Source: Zootoca vivipara (lineage: Eukaryota). Taken from it: 63,522 bases of DNA. A program made the translations under genes and the position numbers. Below are positions 1 to 11,146 of the stretch, one piece after another. The DNA lies in assembly GCF_963506605.1 (NCBI RefSeq), contig NC_083278.1:120466001-120529522 (forward strand), read 5' to 3'. The notes below the pieces were generated by a model, which was given only the letters and a program-made list of their open reading frames with translations, searched no databases and was not told the origin of the DNA. The stretch's first letter is position 1. The number at the start of each line of letters is the position of its first letter.

Positions 1-281
1 TCTTCCACAATGGGTTGAACCTGCCTCCCCTGGCCAAGGCGGTCTCTGCTGGAGCCTCACCCCCAAACAAAATGGGGTCCATCAATTCCAAGGACTCTGT
101 GTTAATGGGCAGAAGTCTGCAGCCAGCCCTGCTCAGCTCCACCAGCACAGAAGGCAGCACAGAAGGGCGGCCCAAGAATCCTCCTGTGTGGGCACCAAGG
201 AGCCGGGGATGGCCAGTCTCTTGCACAGGGGCCCAACTTCCTCCAGCTCCAGGCCCTCCTTGGTTTCTCCTCTCGCCTCTC

Positions 282-3200
282 CTAGTGGTTGCTTCTGGCC
301 GAGTAGCGCTGCTTCGCCTCCTGCAAGAAGTTCCGGAAGGCGGGTTCTTCGCAGCGCTCCTCCGTCACTAGGGCAGGAGACAAAAAGTGGGTGAAGTGGG
401 TCCCAAAACACCACCAAGGGGGAAGACCATCCTGTAGGGAACAGCCCTGGCCAACCACAGCGGACTTAAAGAGAGCTTGCTACACAAAGTCCCTCTGAGA
501 TCAAGGTAAGGACTCATGCTGCACCAACAAACCAGCCACCCCGAAAGGGGATGCAGGCATTCTGGAGGATGCCCCTTCTCCCACTGGTCTCTTGGTTTGC
601 CTTCCCCTCCCCCCAAACCACTGACCCCTCCCAATCTCCAGAGGCCGCCTTACCTTCATGGTCAATGTCATCAGTGTCACTCTCTTGGCCTTCCTCCGAC
701 TCCTCTTCCCCCTCCAAAGTTCCTCGGGTCAGAATCAGTGCCGAGGGACCCGCTGCGGATTCTGCTATGGAGCCTGGAGACAAAAGCCAAGTAGCTGCCA
801 AGCCTGTCCTGGCCCCAGACTGTGCCCGCCTGCCAGGGGCCCACCTCTATTGCTCCTGCCCCCACCACAAGGCAATGGGCAAAGCTGTGCCAGGAAGACT
901 CCCATCCTTTGTGCTCAAGAGGGGCTGCGCAGCCATGGCAGGCAGAAGCCACAGGCATAAACAGGGAGAGGCTGGCTGGGAATCCAGGCAGGAGGAGACA
1001 GCAGCCGCCTCGTCCAACAGCTACAGCATGAGGCTCCCCAGCTGATCAGCTGAGGAAAGCAGTCAGCCAGGGTACCCAGCACCCTCACACAGCACCCTCT
1101 CTGCCTCCCCAGAGCAATGGCTCAAGGGATGGGGGAAAGGTTGGCACTGCCAGCAGCTTCTGGAGCCTCCTCCCTGCTTGAAGGCAAGAGCCAGTGTGTC
1201 CACCAGTTGTGGCCCTCAAGCAGCCTCTCTAGCCTTCAAGGCCAGCCCTCCCCGCAAGGCCTCCGCAACCCCACCCCCTTGGCCTTGACTCACCTGAGGC
1301 TGCCGCACTGCTCTCCATCGCAAGGGGGCCCAGGTCTCTCTGCAGACGCTGCAGCTGCTCCTGCTGCTGCTGGCTCTCCACCTGCTCCTGCAAGCAAGGA
1401 AAGGGAAGGGAAGGGAAGGAAGCAATTCCTGCTGGTCCTCCAGCACAGGTGGGTCCCTGCCTGCCGCCTCCCAGCATGCCCTGGGGGTGCCTAGAGCGCA
1501 CCTGTGCAGCTCCTAAAGAAACTGCTGCTGCCACCAGCAGCAAAGCTGGTGAGAAGCCAGAGCCCTGCAGGGCCAACAGCAGCTCCGAGTTCTTCAGGTC
1601 GGAAGCTGCCTATAAACAGAGACAATAGCAGCCACAGGGATCATGAGCGTGTCCTTCAGAGCCGAGAGAGAGTGGAAGGAGAAAGCACTCAGGACTCCAG
1701 TATCTAGAAAGATGTACACCTATGTGCACACATGGACAGAAGGCAGCGGGCTGGGTCATGCAACTGCAGCACACTAAACCCTGAGCCCCATCGCCTGCTT
1801 TGAGTTCTTCTGGCAAGGGGAGCAGAAGGGAAGGCAATGGGGAGCCCCCAACATGCTGGCAGGAGATACTCCCTGACCTCCTCCATCAGCTGGTAAGATG
1901 GAAGTGCCCGCCTTGAGGCCAAAGGAGGACTTACACAAGTGGAAGGAGCGTCTCCACCCACATTGTCCAGCCTGGACACTGAGGTCCTTCTCAGTAGTGG
2001 CGCCCACCCTGTGGAATGCCCTCCCATCCGATGTCCAGGAGATGAAGAACTACACAACTTTAGAAGACGTCTAAAGGCAGCCCTGTATTGGGAAGATTTT
2101 AACGTTTGAGGTTTTGTTGTGTTTTTAATATTTTGATGGGAGCCGCCCAGAGAGCCTGGGGCAACCCAGTCAGATAGGTGGGGTACACATAATAAAAAGA
2201 TAATGATGATGTGGGGGGGAGCCTTTTCACATGTGACTGACTGGGGGCAGGGGAAGCACCAACAGAGGGCAGAGCAACACGCCAAGTGCATCTGCAGACA
2301 GACTCACCATTTTCTTCCTTAGGCGCTCATACTCTGGGCGGTATTCTCTGGAGGGAGAAGAGAAATGGGCTTCAGCTGTTTATTCTTGGGCACCCCATCC
2401 TCACTCCCAGGCAACCATTGTGGAGACTAGGAGGAGGGCCCCTTCCAGCAAGGACCACAGCCCAGACCTCCAGTCACTGACTCAAAGACAGGGCTGGAAT
2501 GGGCAGGGGAAGAGACTTCCCGCTGGGCTTCATGTCTTTCCATAGAGCAGCAGAGGGGGGGCTTGCCCCCTCCAAGGCCCCCTGTTCTGGTCACCCTATG
2601 CTATATCTAGAGGGATCCCCAAGTGGAATTGCAGGAAGCCTGGGAGTTCATGCAAACTCATCTGGCCCATTGTTCAGGGATGCAGCCCAGCAGGATGGCA
2701 GAAGCCTCACTGGGAGGTGGCCTGACAGAGAAGGGGGGGAGAGAAAGGCTTTCATCCCTCTCTTGCAATGCTACAACTTGGGGGCATCCAATGAAGCTGC
2801 AAGTCGGAAGACTCAGGACATACAAAAGGAAGGACTTCCTGACACAGCATGCAGTTCAACTCTGGAGCAGTGATGGCCCCCAATTTGAATGGCTTTAGAA
2901 GAGGATTAGGACAAGGCACGGAGGATGGCCATCTTCTCCTTCCGCAAGCAGAGGGAGGATGCCTCTAGATGCCAGTTGCTGAGAAAAGCAGGTGTACAGA
3001 GGGCTCCTGTTGGCCTCTGGCTCTGCTTTCAGGCATCTGGTTGGCCTCCGTGAGAACTGGACACTGGACTAGGTGACCCCTTACACAAGCGGACTCTCTC
3101 ACCTCTCATATTCATCAACAGCTTTGGAGAGGAGTTCAAAAAATTCATCCAGCCCTGTCCCCTGGACGGCAGACACACCAACCACCTGCAAGGGAAAGTC

Positions 3201-6200
3201 CTTCGTTTCAAGCAGGGTTTGTGTGGAGGGTGGGAACTGAGCACAGGAGAGGGGCTTGCAAATACCTTCCTCTGCTCCAGTGGAGCATCAGCACCAGCAC
3301 ATTGCCTAACCAGGGACAGGAGTGACTGGCACAAGCTCCTTTTCCAGAAGAGGAGGTGGCACAGGGGGAGGGACACATCCAAGGCCATCTGGGGGGGGGG
3401 ATCGGACCTGGCCTCCCTGGACCAAGTCCTGCAAGCATCAACAATAGCCTGTCCAGATGCAACAGCACAGGATACCTGGGCTACTCAGGGTTTGGGGAGG
3501 GCGGGTTGCAGAGGAAGGTGCCCCTCCCTCCCTCCTTGGAGCCGCTTCCCTGAAAGTTGGACAGAGTGAAGGTGGGACACAAATGCCAACTTCATGCAAT
3601 TTCAGGAGTGTGCCTGCAAAGAGGTCCCATTCATCATCCACACGGGGGGGGGGGGAGCCGTGCCCACCTTGAGTGAGTGGTAGAACTCATCCAGCACCAG
3701 GCTGAGGGAGCGAGTCAAGTTGCTGACATAGGTGGTCTCCTGGCTGAGGGCTTCCTGGAAGGCTTCAAAGTCTTGCATCCACTCCACAGCAAAGCTGTGG
3801 TCAATGATGTCCGTCTGCGTCAGGAAGGCAGAGAGTGAGGGAGGGGGGCAGGGGGCACCGGTGGTCAGCTGCTCCCCAATGCCCCCTCTGGGGCAGGGAC
3901 CACAGGCTCCACACCATGACGGCTGCTTCTCTTCAGACATGGCAGGCCAGGCCAGGCCAAGAGGCAGCGGCTCCTTCTCCTCCTCCCCCCATTATGAGAC
4001 AAGGACCAGCGAAACAAGGGAAGGCTGTGGTCACACCCAGAGTGCAAGCTCCACCCTCGAAAGACGCAATGGAACAGCCAAGTTTCATCAGCCCTTCAAG
4101 GCACCTGGAGAGCCTTCCATGCCTGCCTGCTCGCCTCCCCCCATCCTGGCAATCTGCCATTCTTCATGGGGGTCAGGCTGCCTTCCTTCCTCTCTGGAAG
4201 TGGCAGGCTCTGCTCCAAGAAGCCATCTTCCTGCTGGCTGAACATCCCTTTCTTCATCCTCTTCTTCTGCCGCCCTCACCCAAACACTTTCAAAACAGTT
4301 TCTGCTCTCAGACTCAAGTACTTCTGTGCAGCTCTTTGCATGATCTGCACACAACACCAAGCCCTCCCTCTTTCTGTCCAACCCTCACTTTAGGACAGGA
4401 GTGGCCACAACAGCACACAATGCCCATCTCCTACCATTGTGTCATGTAGGCCACGGCTGAAGAAGCCAAACCAATGCAAATAACACCTGCGTGACTAGCT
4501 GTTCACTTCCTACATCCCACTGTCTACCTATGCTCTGATCTTCTCTCTCTCGCACTGGAATTGTTTGTGACTCTGCCTTTCATAAGGCTTCCACCCAACT
4601 CAGCTCCTTTCCCTGTCAGCATATTGGGCCATGGAATCCACCTGACTAGCATTTCTCCAAGCATATTAAAATCAAGTTCCTTAAATGCAAGAAATCTATT
4701 TAGCTACACCCCGCTTAAGCTTTCCATAGCAGCCTGAATTCCAGCACACCATGCATGACCACTGTCTGCCGTCGTTCCTGCCCCAAGTTCCCACTGCTTT
4801 AAAGCCACTGAACTATTTTTCCCTAGAGGCTGGGCTAATGCCAAGGTCAGTCAATCTCCTCTCTTCCTCCACCTTTTGAAAACACAAGTTGTCCACAAGG
4901 CAGGCCAGGAATTGGGTGGGGGAATCCATGCTCAGTGGAGTACGTCTCCCAAAAGATCCCAGGGTGTCCCTGAAGTTCCCCAAAACTACCAGTTCCTGCT
5001 TCCCTGAAGCATATGTAACTTGTTTCGGGAAAGCATCATCCAGACGGTCTTCTTGGTTCAAGTCAGACTGGATCAGGGCATTCCACTCACCTTGTTCATG
5101 GCCACAATAAAAGGAAGCTTCGTCTTGTACAGGATACTGAGAAGACAACAACAGCATGATCAGGGATGCAGAGATTGCCACTTTAGATCTGGGGTTGCCA
5201 CAAAGACATTTCACTTAGAAACTCATGCCTGAAAGAGCAGGCAGTCTGTGTGCTTTCCTAGAGAACGCCTAAGAGCAGCAGAAGCGGCTTCTTGCTCAAG
5301 GTTCAAGGAAAAGAAGAAGTGAAGAAGCCACCAGAAGAGGGGCTAACAAGACCACCTCCCTGGAATGAGGGAGTTGTCTCTGAGTCTTCTCAGCAGCTAC
5401 TGAGAGAGCAACCCCCCCCCCCAAACAAAGAACAATAAGAGAGATGCCCTCCAATAATGGGCAAGCCATTATTAAGTGCATAATAAATAAATAACATTAC
5501 GGAGAGAATCCTCCTCTTACCTGCAGGCGTAAAGCATGTTCGACATGAACGTGACAGGGCTGGTGCTGCGTGACGTGTCCATCACATAAACCACCACGGA
5601 TGGGAAGGAGGAAGCCTAAATGGGTACATCAAAGGGGGGAGAATTAGCCCAACAGAGCAACCGTCCCCCAGGCACCTCCTGCAAAGGAGGCCAGGTGAGC
5701 AGAAGGTCCTCACCAGAGCTTCTGTGATGATGGTGCCGGAAGCAGACCAGGTGAACACCTCAATCTGCCCAGGAGTGTCAATCAGGACGTACCTGCAAGG
5801 GAAGAATTTTTTCTCTCTCACTCACATGCCACTTTCTCCAAACACTTCTGCTTGAGGCGCGACGGAAGATACCATCGTTCCAACATCAAGGGGTAATTAG
5901 AGGCTGTATGGGAGTAAGCAGCCTCCTGAAATCTCCCCGGAGATGGGGAGAGGCAGTCTCATCTGCAGATGCCTATTTAACTCGGTCCCAAATCGGAAGG
6001 AAGGAGGGGCAGGGGGGGCACTGGATGGAAAGCCACTGAGGTGGCCTGGATCTCTCGGACGCTGTCCCCGCCAGGGCGTCAAGTTCCATGATTTGAGATG
6101 AAAAATTGGATTTAAATCACGGGCATGGTTCAGACGAAGAGGGGGAAGACTCTGCCAAAAAACCCAGCCATTTAGGATAAGACAATGTGAGGAAACATCA

Positions 6201-9200
6201 CATCAGAGACAGAGTGGTATGTTGGATGGAACAAAAAGGGGAGCGAGACTTTTTAAAAAAAATTTATGCCTTAAGATTTAACTTAACAAAACTCCCTTGG
6301 AAGAACCGTTTATAACATCTAGAACAAGCGAGAAACGGAAAGCGGAATTCGTTGATATATATAATATGGTATTTAAAATATAAACTGTGTGGAAAAGGAA
6401 ATATATACAATTAAGGATTTATTTACTCTTTTTTGATAAGCTTGGAAGATCAAAGGCTCCCCAATGCAGATCTCATCAGTAGCTGGAGCTTGTTAAAATT
6501 CCTGGATGGTTTTAAGAAGATTTAGGGGTTGTGACGCAGTTATAACTGGGACTCCACCATCTTGAAGTTAAAACTGGGTTGCAGACAAACAGACATAGGG
6601 CGAGGGAGCCACAAATATGTCATTAGATATGTGTTTTGAGTTTGGACTTGACTGACCCTCTCCTGAAAAGACTGTAATCTGCAACCGGCTTGGAGAAATT
6701 AATGAGCAGACGCTCGAACAGGATCTACTACTGGATTGTCTGAAGATGGTGGCTGCCAGCATGATAAGACTCTTGGTTGGACTCCGCAGAAATTCCAACG
6801 CGGAAGGAGATTGCAATGGAACTGAGGGGGAAGCATAGATATAAAATCCACACAGAAATAGGTATTGTTTGGTTAATCTCGCTTGTGGGAATATCTCAGA
6901 AGCTGTGAGAAGATTGAAGGATAATAATAGAATTATTGGAAAATATTTGGACTATATTGGACTATAATGATTAGAAATGATTTCGATTATAATGATTAGA
7001 AAGGCAGTAATTTATGAGTGACTAGAACAGTGGTGGCGAACCTGTGACACGCAGAGCCCTCATTGCTGGCACGCGCCCCATCGGCCCATTGTTTCCCCCC
7101 CATTTGTTCTCCAGATCCTTTTTGTTGTTGTTGCTGCTGCTGGTAGCCAGAGATTGGTTTTTAACCCTTTCTGTGCTGTTTTTTCTGGCGCTTTGGCAGA
7201 TTATGCCAGTGCTGCGTGTTAGTTCCAGCAAAGGTATTGTCATTTATTTCTGTTCTCTTCCCCCCCCCCAAATAGCGCAGCAGCTTTGGGGCACCCCCCA
7301 AAAAACCTCCAAAACTTTGGTCAGCAGCTCCCCCCAAAAAGCTCAACAACCCTGGGCACTTTGTGATAAATAAGGGTTTTTTGGTTTGGTTAAATAATTA
7401 GTTTTTGGTTTATTAAAAACAGTTATATATTACGATTATACATTTTTGTTATTTAAACTATAAATATCGTGAAATTATGGGGTTTTTCTCGAAGTGACAC
7501 ACCACCCAAGTTATGCTCGGTTTTTTGGCGAATTTTGACACACCAAGCTCCAAAGGTTGCCCATCGCTGGACTAGAACCTTCAGAGTCTGAAGCATGAGA
7601 AGCATTTTTTTATAAATTTGGCAAAATATTTAGATTACTCGATATGTATTTGTGTAATCTGGAATAATTAATGTGATATGATTGGATTGTTAAAGTAAAA
7701 AATTTAATAAAAATGATTTATAAAAACCAAATCACTTTCTCCTAAACAAGCTCACCCACTAATCAGCTAACACCTGGAAGACAGGGTTTAATCGTGCACT
7801 GGTTGCACAATCCTGCTCTCATCAGGGAACAGAATTCCACAGCCCAGGCAGCAGAATTTAATCTCCACTCATCAGCTCCTGAGTGGAGATTAAAGATCAG
7901 AGTGAGATCAGCACAAAATTGGGGTCTTAATAGGAATGGAGGAGGAGAACTCTCACAAAATCTTCTGCAAGTCTCTTCTCTTTTAAACTCCAGATTTTAT
8001 TCTTTAATTGTTTTGTAATTATTTTCACTTCCAAGATTAATTATGGTTTGCCTTGAATGCCTCACACTAAGCCAGAAAAGTGGAATGACCCTCTTGAATA
8101 CATGCACAATAACGTGACGCAGTTCACCCCTTTGTTCTGCTGAAGGTGAGGCTGCATACGCAACTCCCGTCAAGAGGAACTTCCATCACCCCCCACCCCA
8201 CGTGACACCAGGCTTCCCATTCACTCACTGAGATGCTGCCTGTCGTTTCTCAATGAACTTCATCACCTAGTCAGAAAGAGAAAGATGATTTTAGGTAGAA
8301 ACAGAGAATTAAAGTTTGCAGTTATGTTCATGATACACAAAAAACCATGAGATAATCAGCATCAGAATTACAGTACAGAATTACCATTATGTGACTAAAT
8401 CGTTAACTGGGATATAAATAATAATAATAATAATAATAATAATTTTTATTTGTACCCCGCCCACCCTGGCTGGAACCGGGCTCAGGGCGGCTAACATCAT
8501 AAAACTAACACAGTATACAAAGAACATAAGAACAGGCAATCAATTAATTAAAATACATCTTACAATTAGTTCAGATACAAATTTGCTCTGAGCTTTAGTG
8601 TTGATAATAATATGTGGCGCTCTGATGTAGCCCAGAATGTTAAATGCTCATCACTGCTGGAAAATTATCCAAGAGGATATTTGGCAAGTAAAAACTCAAG
8701 CTAAATGCAGTACCATTCAGTGAAATTCACCAAGAATTATGTACCTGGTCAAATCTTGTCGCAAAAAGGTTCAGAGAAGTCACAATACCGCCGTTGGGGC
8801 CCAGCCCATACCTGGTGCGCATTCAGGAAAGGTTGGTAGAAATCTGAAAGTCACCTGTATCAGCGTATTCCCTTCCCCTTCCTCTACCCCAGACACTCAG
8901 ACCATTTAAAGCAAAGGTGTCACATAAAACCACATCTGTAGAGATCGCCAGCGTCAGCAGCGACAGCTCCAAAGACACACTGGCAATTTCACCAGCTGCA
9001 CAAACACCATGCCCAGACTTACCACATCCTTTCAATATTGGTTTTCTCCACCCATCGCAGTGTGCAATCACCCTCTAGCCCAGGGGTAGGCAACCTAAGG
9101 CCTGGATGCGACCCAATCACCTTCTCAATCCGGCCCACGGACGGTCCGGGAATTAATGTGTTTTTACATGAGTAGAATGTGTCCTTTCATTTAAAATGCA

Positions 9201-10514
9201 TCTCTGGGTTATTTGTGGGGCATAAAAATTTATTCATTTCCCCCCCCTTCAAAATATAGTCTGGCCCCCCACAAGGTCTGAGGGACAGTGGACCGGCCCC
9301 CTGCTGAAAAAGGTTTGCTGACCGCTGCTCTAGCCCATGGGTTGGCAAACTAAGGCCCGCAGGCTGGATCAGGCCCAATTGCCTTCTGAATCCGGTCCGT
9401 GGACGGTCCAGGAATCGCCGTGTGGATCACCAGCACGTGCGTTCTTCCCTCTCCCTCACACGGCGGTGGCAGCGCTTCCTCCCTCCCTTCTCCTGGCTTC
9501 TCCCCACCCTGCCTAGAGGAGGAAGGGGGCTGGGCTTTACTGGTGGTAGCAGCAGCAGCGCTCAAACAACCGCCATTTTAAGCAGCTCCTCTCTGGAGCC
9601 CTTTCACATACCAGTCATCGTCCCTCCGCCGCTGCCCCCAGCCCCTGCTATTGCAAGACACAGGTAAACAGCCACTGGGGCTGGTGGTGTTCTTGCATCA
9701 TTTTCCCCCCAATATAGTCCGTCCCACCACAAGGTCTGAGGGTCAGTGGACCGGCCCCCTGCTGAAAAAGTTTGCTGACCCCTGCTCCATCCAAAGAAAG
9801 CAAAGTCTGGTCCTTGGGACAGGAGGGCCAGGGGTCCTCCTGGCTAGGAAGTGGAGCAGCAGCACCAGGAGGCACGTCCATCATGAAGCAGCTGGCCCAG
9901 TCCTGGACCCAACCGTGTTTTCAGACTCTGGCCTGAGCAGGCTCTCCTCAGATGCTCTCTGCTGCCAGGGCTGCCTTTTGGTGCCCAACGCCTCTTGCCC
10001 CACACAGCTGGCCCTGCCCACCCCCAGCTAGGGGCCAGGAGACCCTGCCAAGCCCCCATGGCCTCCTGAGGCCCTGTCCCTCCGTTCCCAGGTAAGGATA
10101 CTGCTTCATGACCTCCTTGTACTTCACGGTGTCTCGGATGTCTGTGGGGAAAAGGAGAGGGAGAGAAATGACGCCCCCCGACCAGGCAGAGGCCAGGCCC
10201 GCTCCGCCCCAGCCCCAGCCCCGCCACTCACCGATGTTGGCCGGGAAGGGCAGCTCGCGCACGGCGGGGTCCAGGTTGATGACGTAGGGAGGGCAGCCCC
10301 GGCTGTGCAGGTGCGCCGTCAGCCGCTGCGGGAAGAGAAGCGCCGTCAAGCCCGAGGGGAGCCCGGCCCCGCCCGCCCTCCCTCCCTCGCTCCCCGTAGC
10401 CCCGCTCACCTGCACTAGCGCCGTCTTGCCCGAGCCGGCCATGCCCAGCACTAGCACGCACACCGGCAGGGGCCCCTCGGTCGAGCTCGCCGCCGCCGCC
10501 GCCGCCGCCGCCAT
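282..10514 (-). CDS. GPN1: GPN-loop GTPase 1, 14 coding exons, 377 aa
   Basis: Exons read by hand with splice sites in phase: 10410-10514, 10232-10325, 10102-10141, 8745-8811, 8229-8266, 5714-5792, 5521-5615, 5091-5136, 3668-3814, 3103-3185, 2308-2347, 1294-1387, 654-773, 282-367 (1134 nt including stop). Motifs: GMAGSGKT P-loop, [14 protein letters not shown] (GPN loop), [16 protein letters not shown]. Confidence 0.97.
1890..2200 (+). mobile_element. L2-type LINE 3' end
   Basis: CTTCTCAGTAGTGGCGCCCACCCTGTGGAATGCCCTCCC...GGCAGCCCTGT tail, homologous to 15125-15320. Confidence 0.75.
6090..7730 (+). mobile_element. Old L1-like LINE 3' fragment interrupted by a MITE
   Basis: AT-rich island in a GC-rich intron with degraded ORF2-like peptides, ending in AATAAA and an A-rich tail. 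The family assignment is tentative. Confidence 0.4.
7028..7569. mobile_element. hAT-type non-autonomous DNA transposon
   Basis: TIRs CAGTGGTGGCGAACCT / AGGTTGCCCATCGCTG with 8-bp TSD GACTAGAA. Confidence 0.85.
8812..10101 (-). other. U12-type (minor spliceosome) GT-AG intron, GPN1 intron 3
   Basis: Donor GTATCCTTAC at 10101. Branch-point-like TTTCCTGAAT lies about 10 nt before the CAG acceptor, with no polypyrimidine tract in between. Confidence 0.85.
9081..9784. mobile_element. Two tandem related hAT MITEs (9081-9327, 9336-9784)
   Basis: CAGGGGTAGGCAACCT...AGGTTTGCTGACCGCTG with TSD CTCTAGCC. The second element starts immediately after that TSD. Confidence 0.8.
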
Positions 10515-10960
10515 GTCGCCTCGCGGTCGCCAGCCCGCTTCCGCTTCCGGCCAAGGGCGTGCTTTTCCTGTCAGGGGCGGTGCCAGAGGGCCGCTCTAGG
10601 CCTCAGGGCGGGACAGAGGGACCTCGAGTTTCAAGTGGGCTGCGCTTGCTCCCCTCCCCTTTTCGTCTCTCTGCGTTCTTTTCGACCATAGAGGTGCCCT
10701 AGAGAGGCAGAGCGGCCGCCCCGCTACGCGGTCATAGAGCGCAAAACCCGTGCGCGAGTCTGGCCTTCGCCGGAAGTTCGCGCCGTCCTCCCGACCGGCG
10801 GTAATGACGTCACGAGGGGAGGGCGAGGGCGTGGCGCCCGGTCCCCGCCTCCTCCTCCGTCACCTTGGCAACGCGAGGCGGGGGGCGGGGCGGGAGCAGC
10901 AGTTTCTCTCCCGCTGGAACTCCCGGAGGGGAGGGGGCGGAATGACGGAGGCCGTCGGGT
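10515..10960. promoter_or_regulatory. CpG-island bidirectional promoter shared by GPN1 and ZNF512
   Basis: Head-to-head genes inside a CpG-dense zone (~10150-11900). ETS/GABP-like GCTTCCGCTTCCGG at ~10537-10550 and CCGGAAGT at ~10770, perfect CRE TGACGTCA at 10805-10812, RFX X-box-like GTCACCTTGGCAAC at ~10859-10872, and GGGGCGGGG GC boxes. Confidence 0.75.
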
Positions 10961-11146
10961 GGGGAGGGGAGGGCGCCCCGGGGGTCATCTAGTCCACTGA
11001 AGCGTCCTTAACCCTTCCTGTGCCGGGCGGCGCCAGAAGCCTCGCAGAGGTCGGTCTCGGGGGGGGGGGGGCGGGAGGCGCCGCGGACTCGTCCCGGGCG
11101 AAGAAGGAGCCCGCCCTGCCCCGCCGCTGCCTCTCTCTCCCCGTAG

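Noticed and set aside
4813-5214. 133-aa ORF in a GPN1 intron
   Set aside because: A degraded CR1-like endonuclease remnant overlapping GPN1 exon 8 in another frame.
10488-10511. GCC/polyalanine tract at the GPN1 N-terminus as an expansion
   Set aside because: Only 8 Ala; Ala-rich starts are common in vertebrate housekeeping genes.
11005-11012. U12 branch-point-like TCCTTAAC upstream of ZNF512 exons
   Set aside because: No matching RTATCCT donor upstream; it probably lies within an exon.
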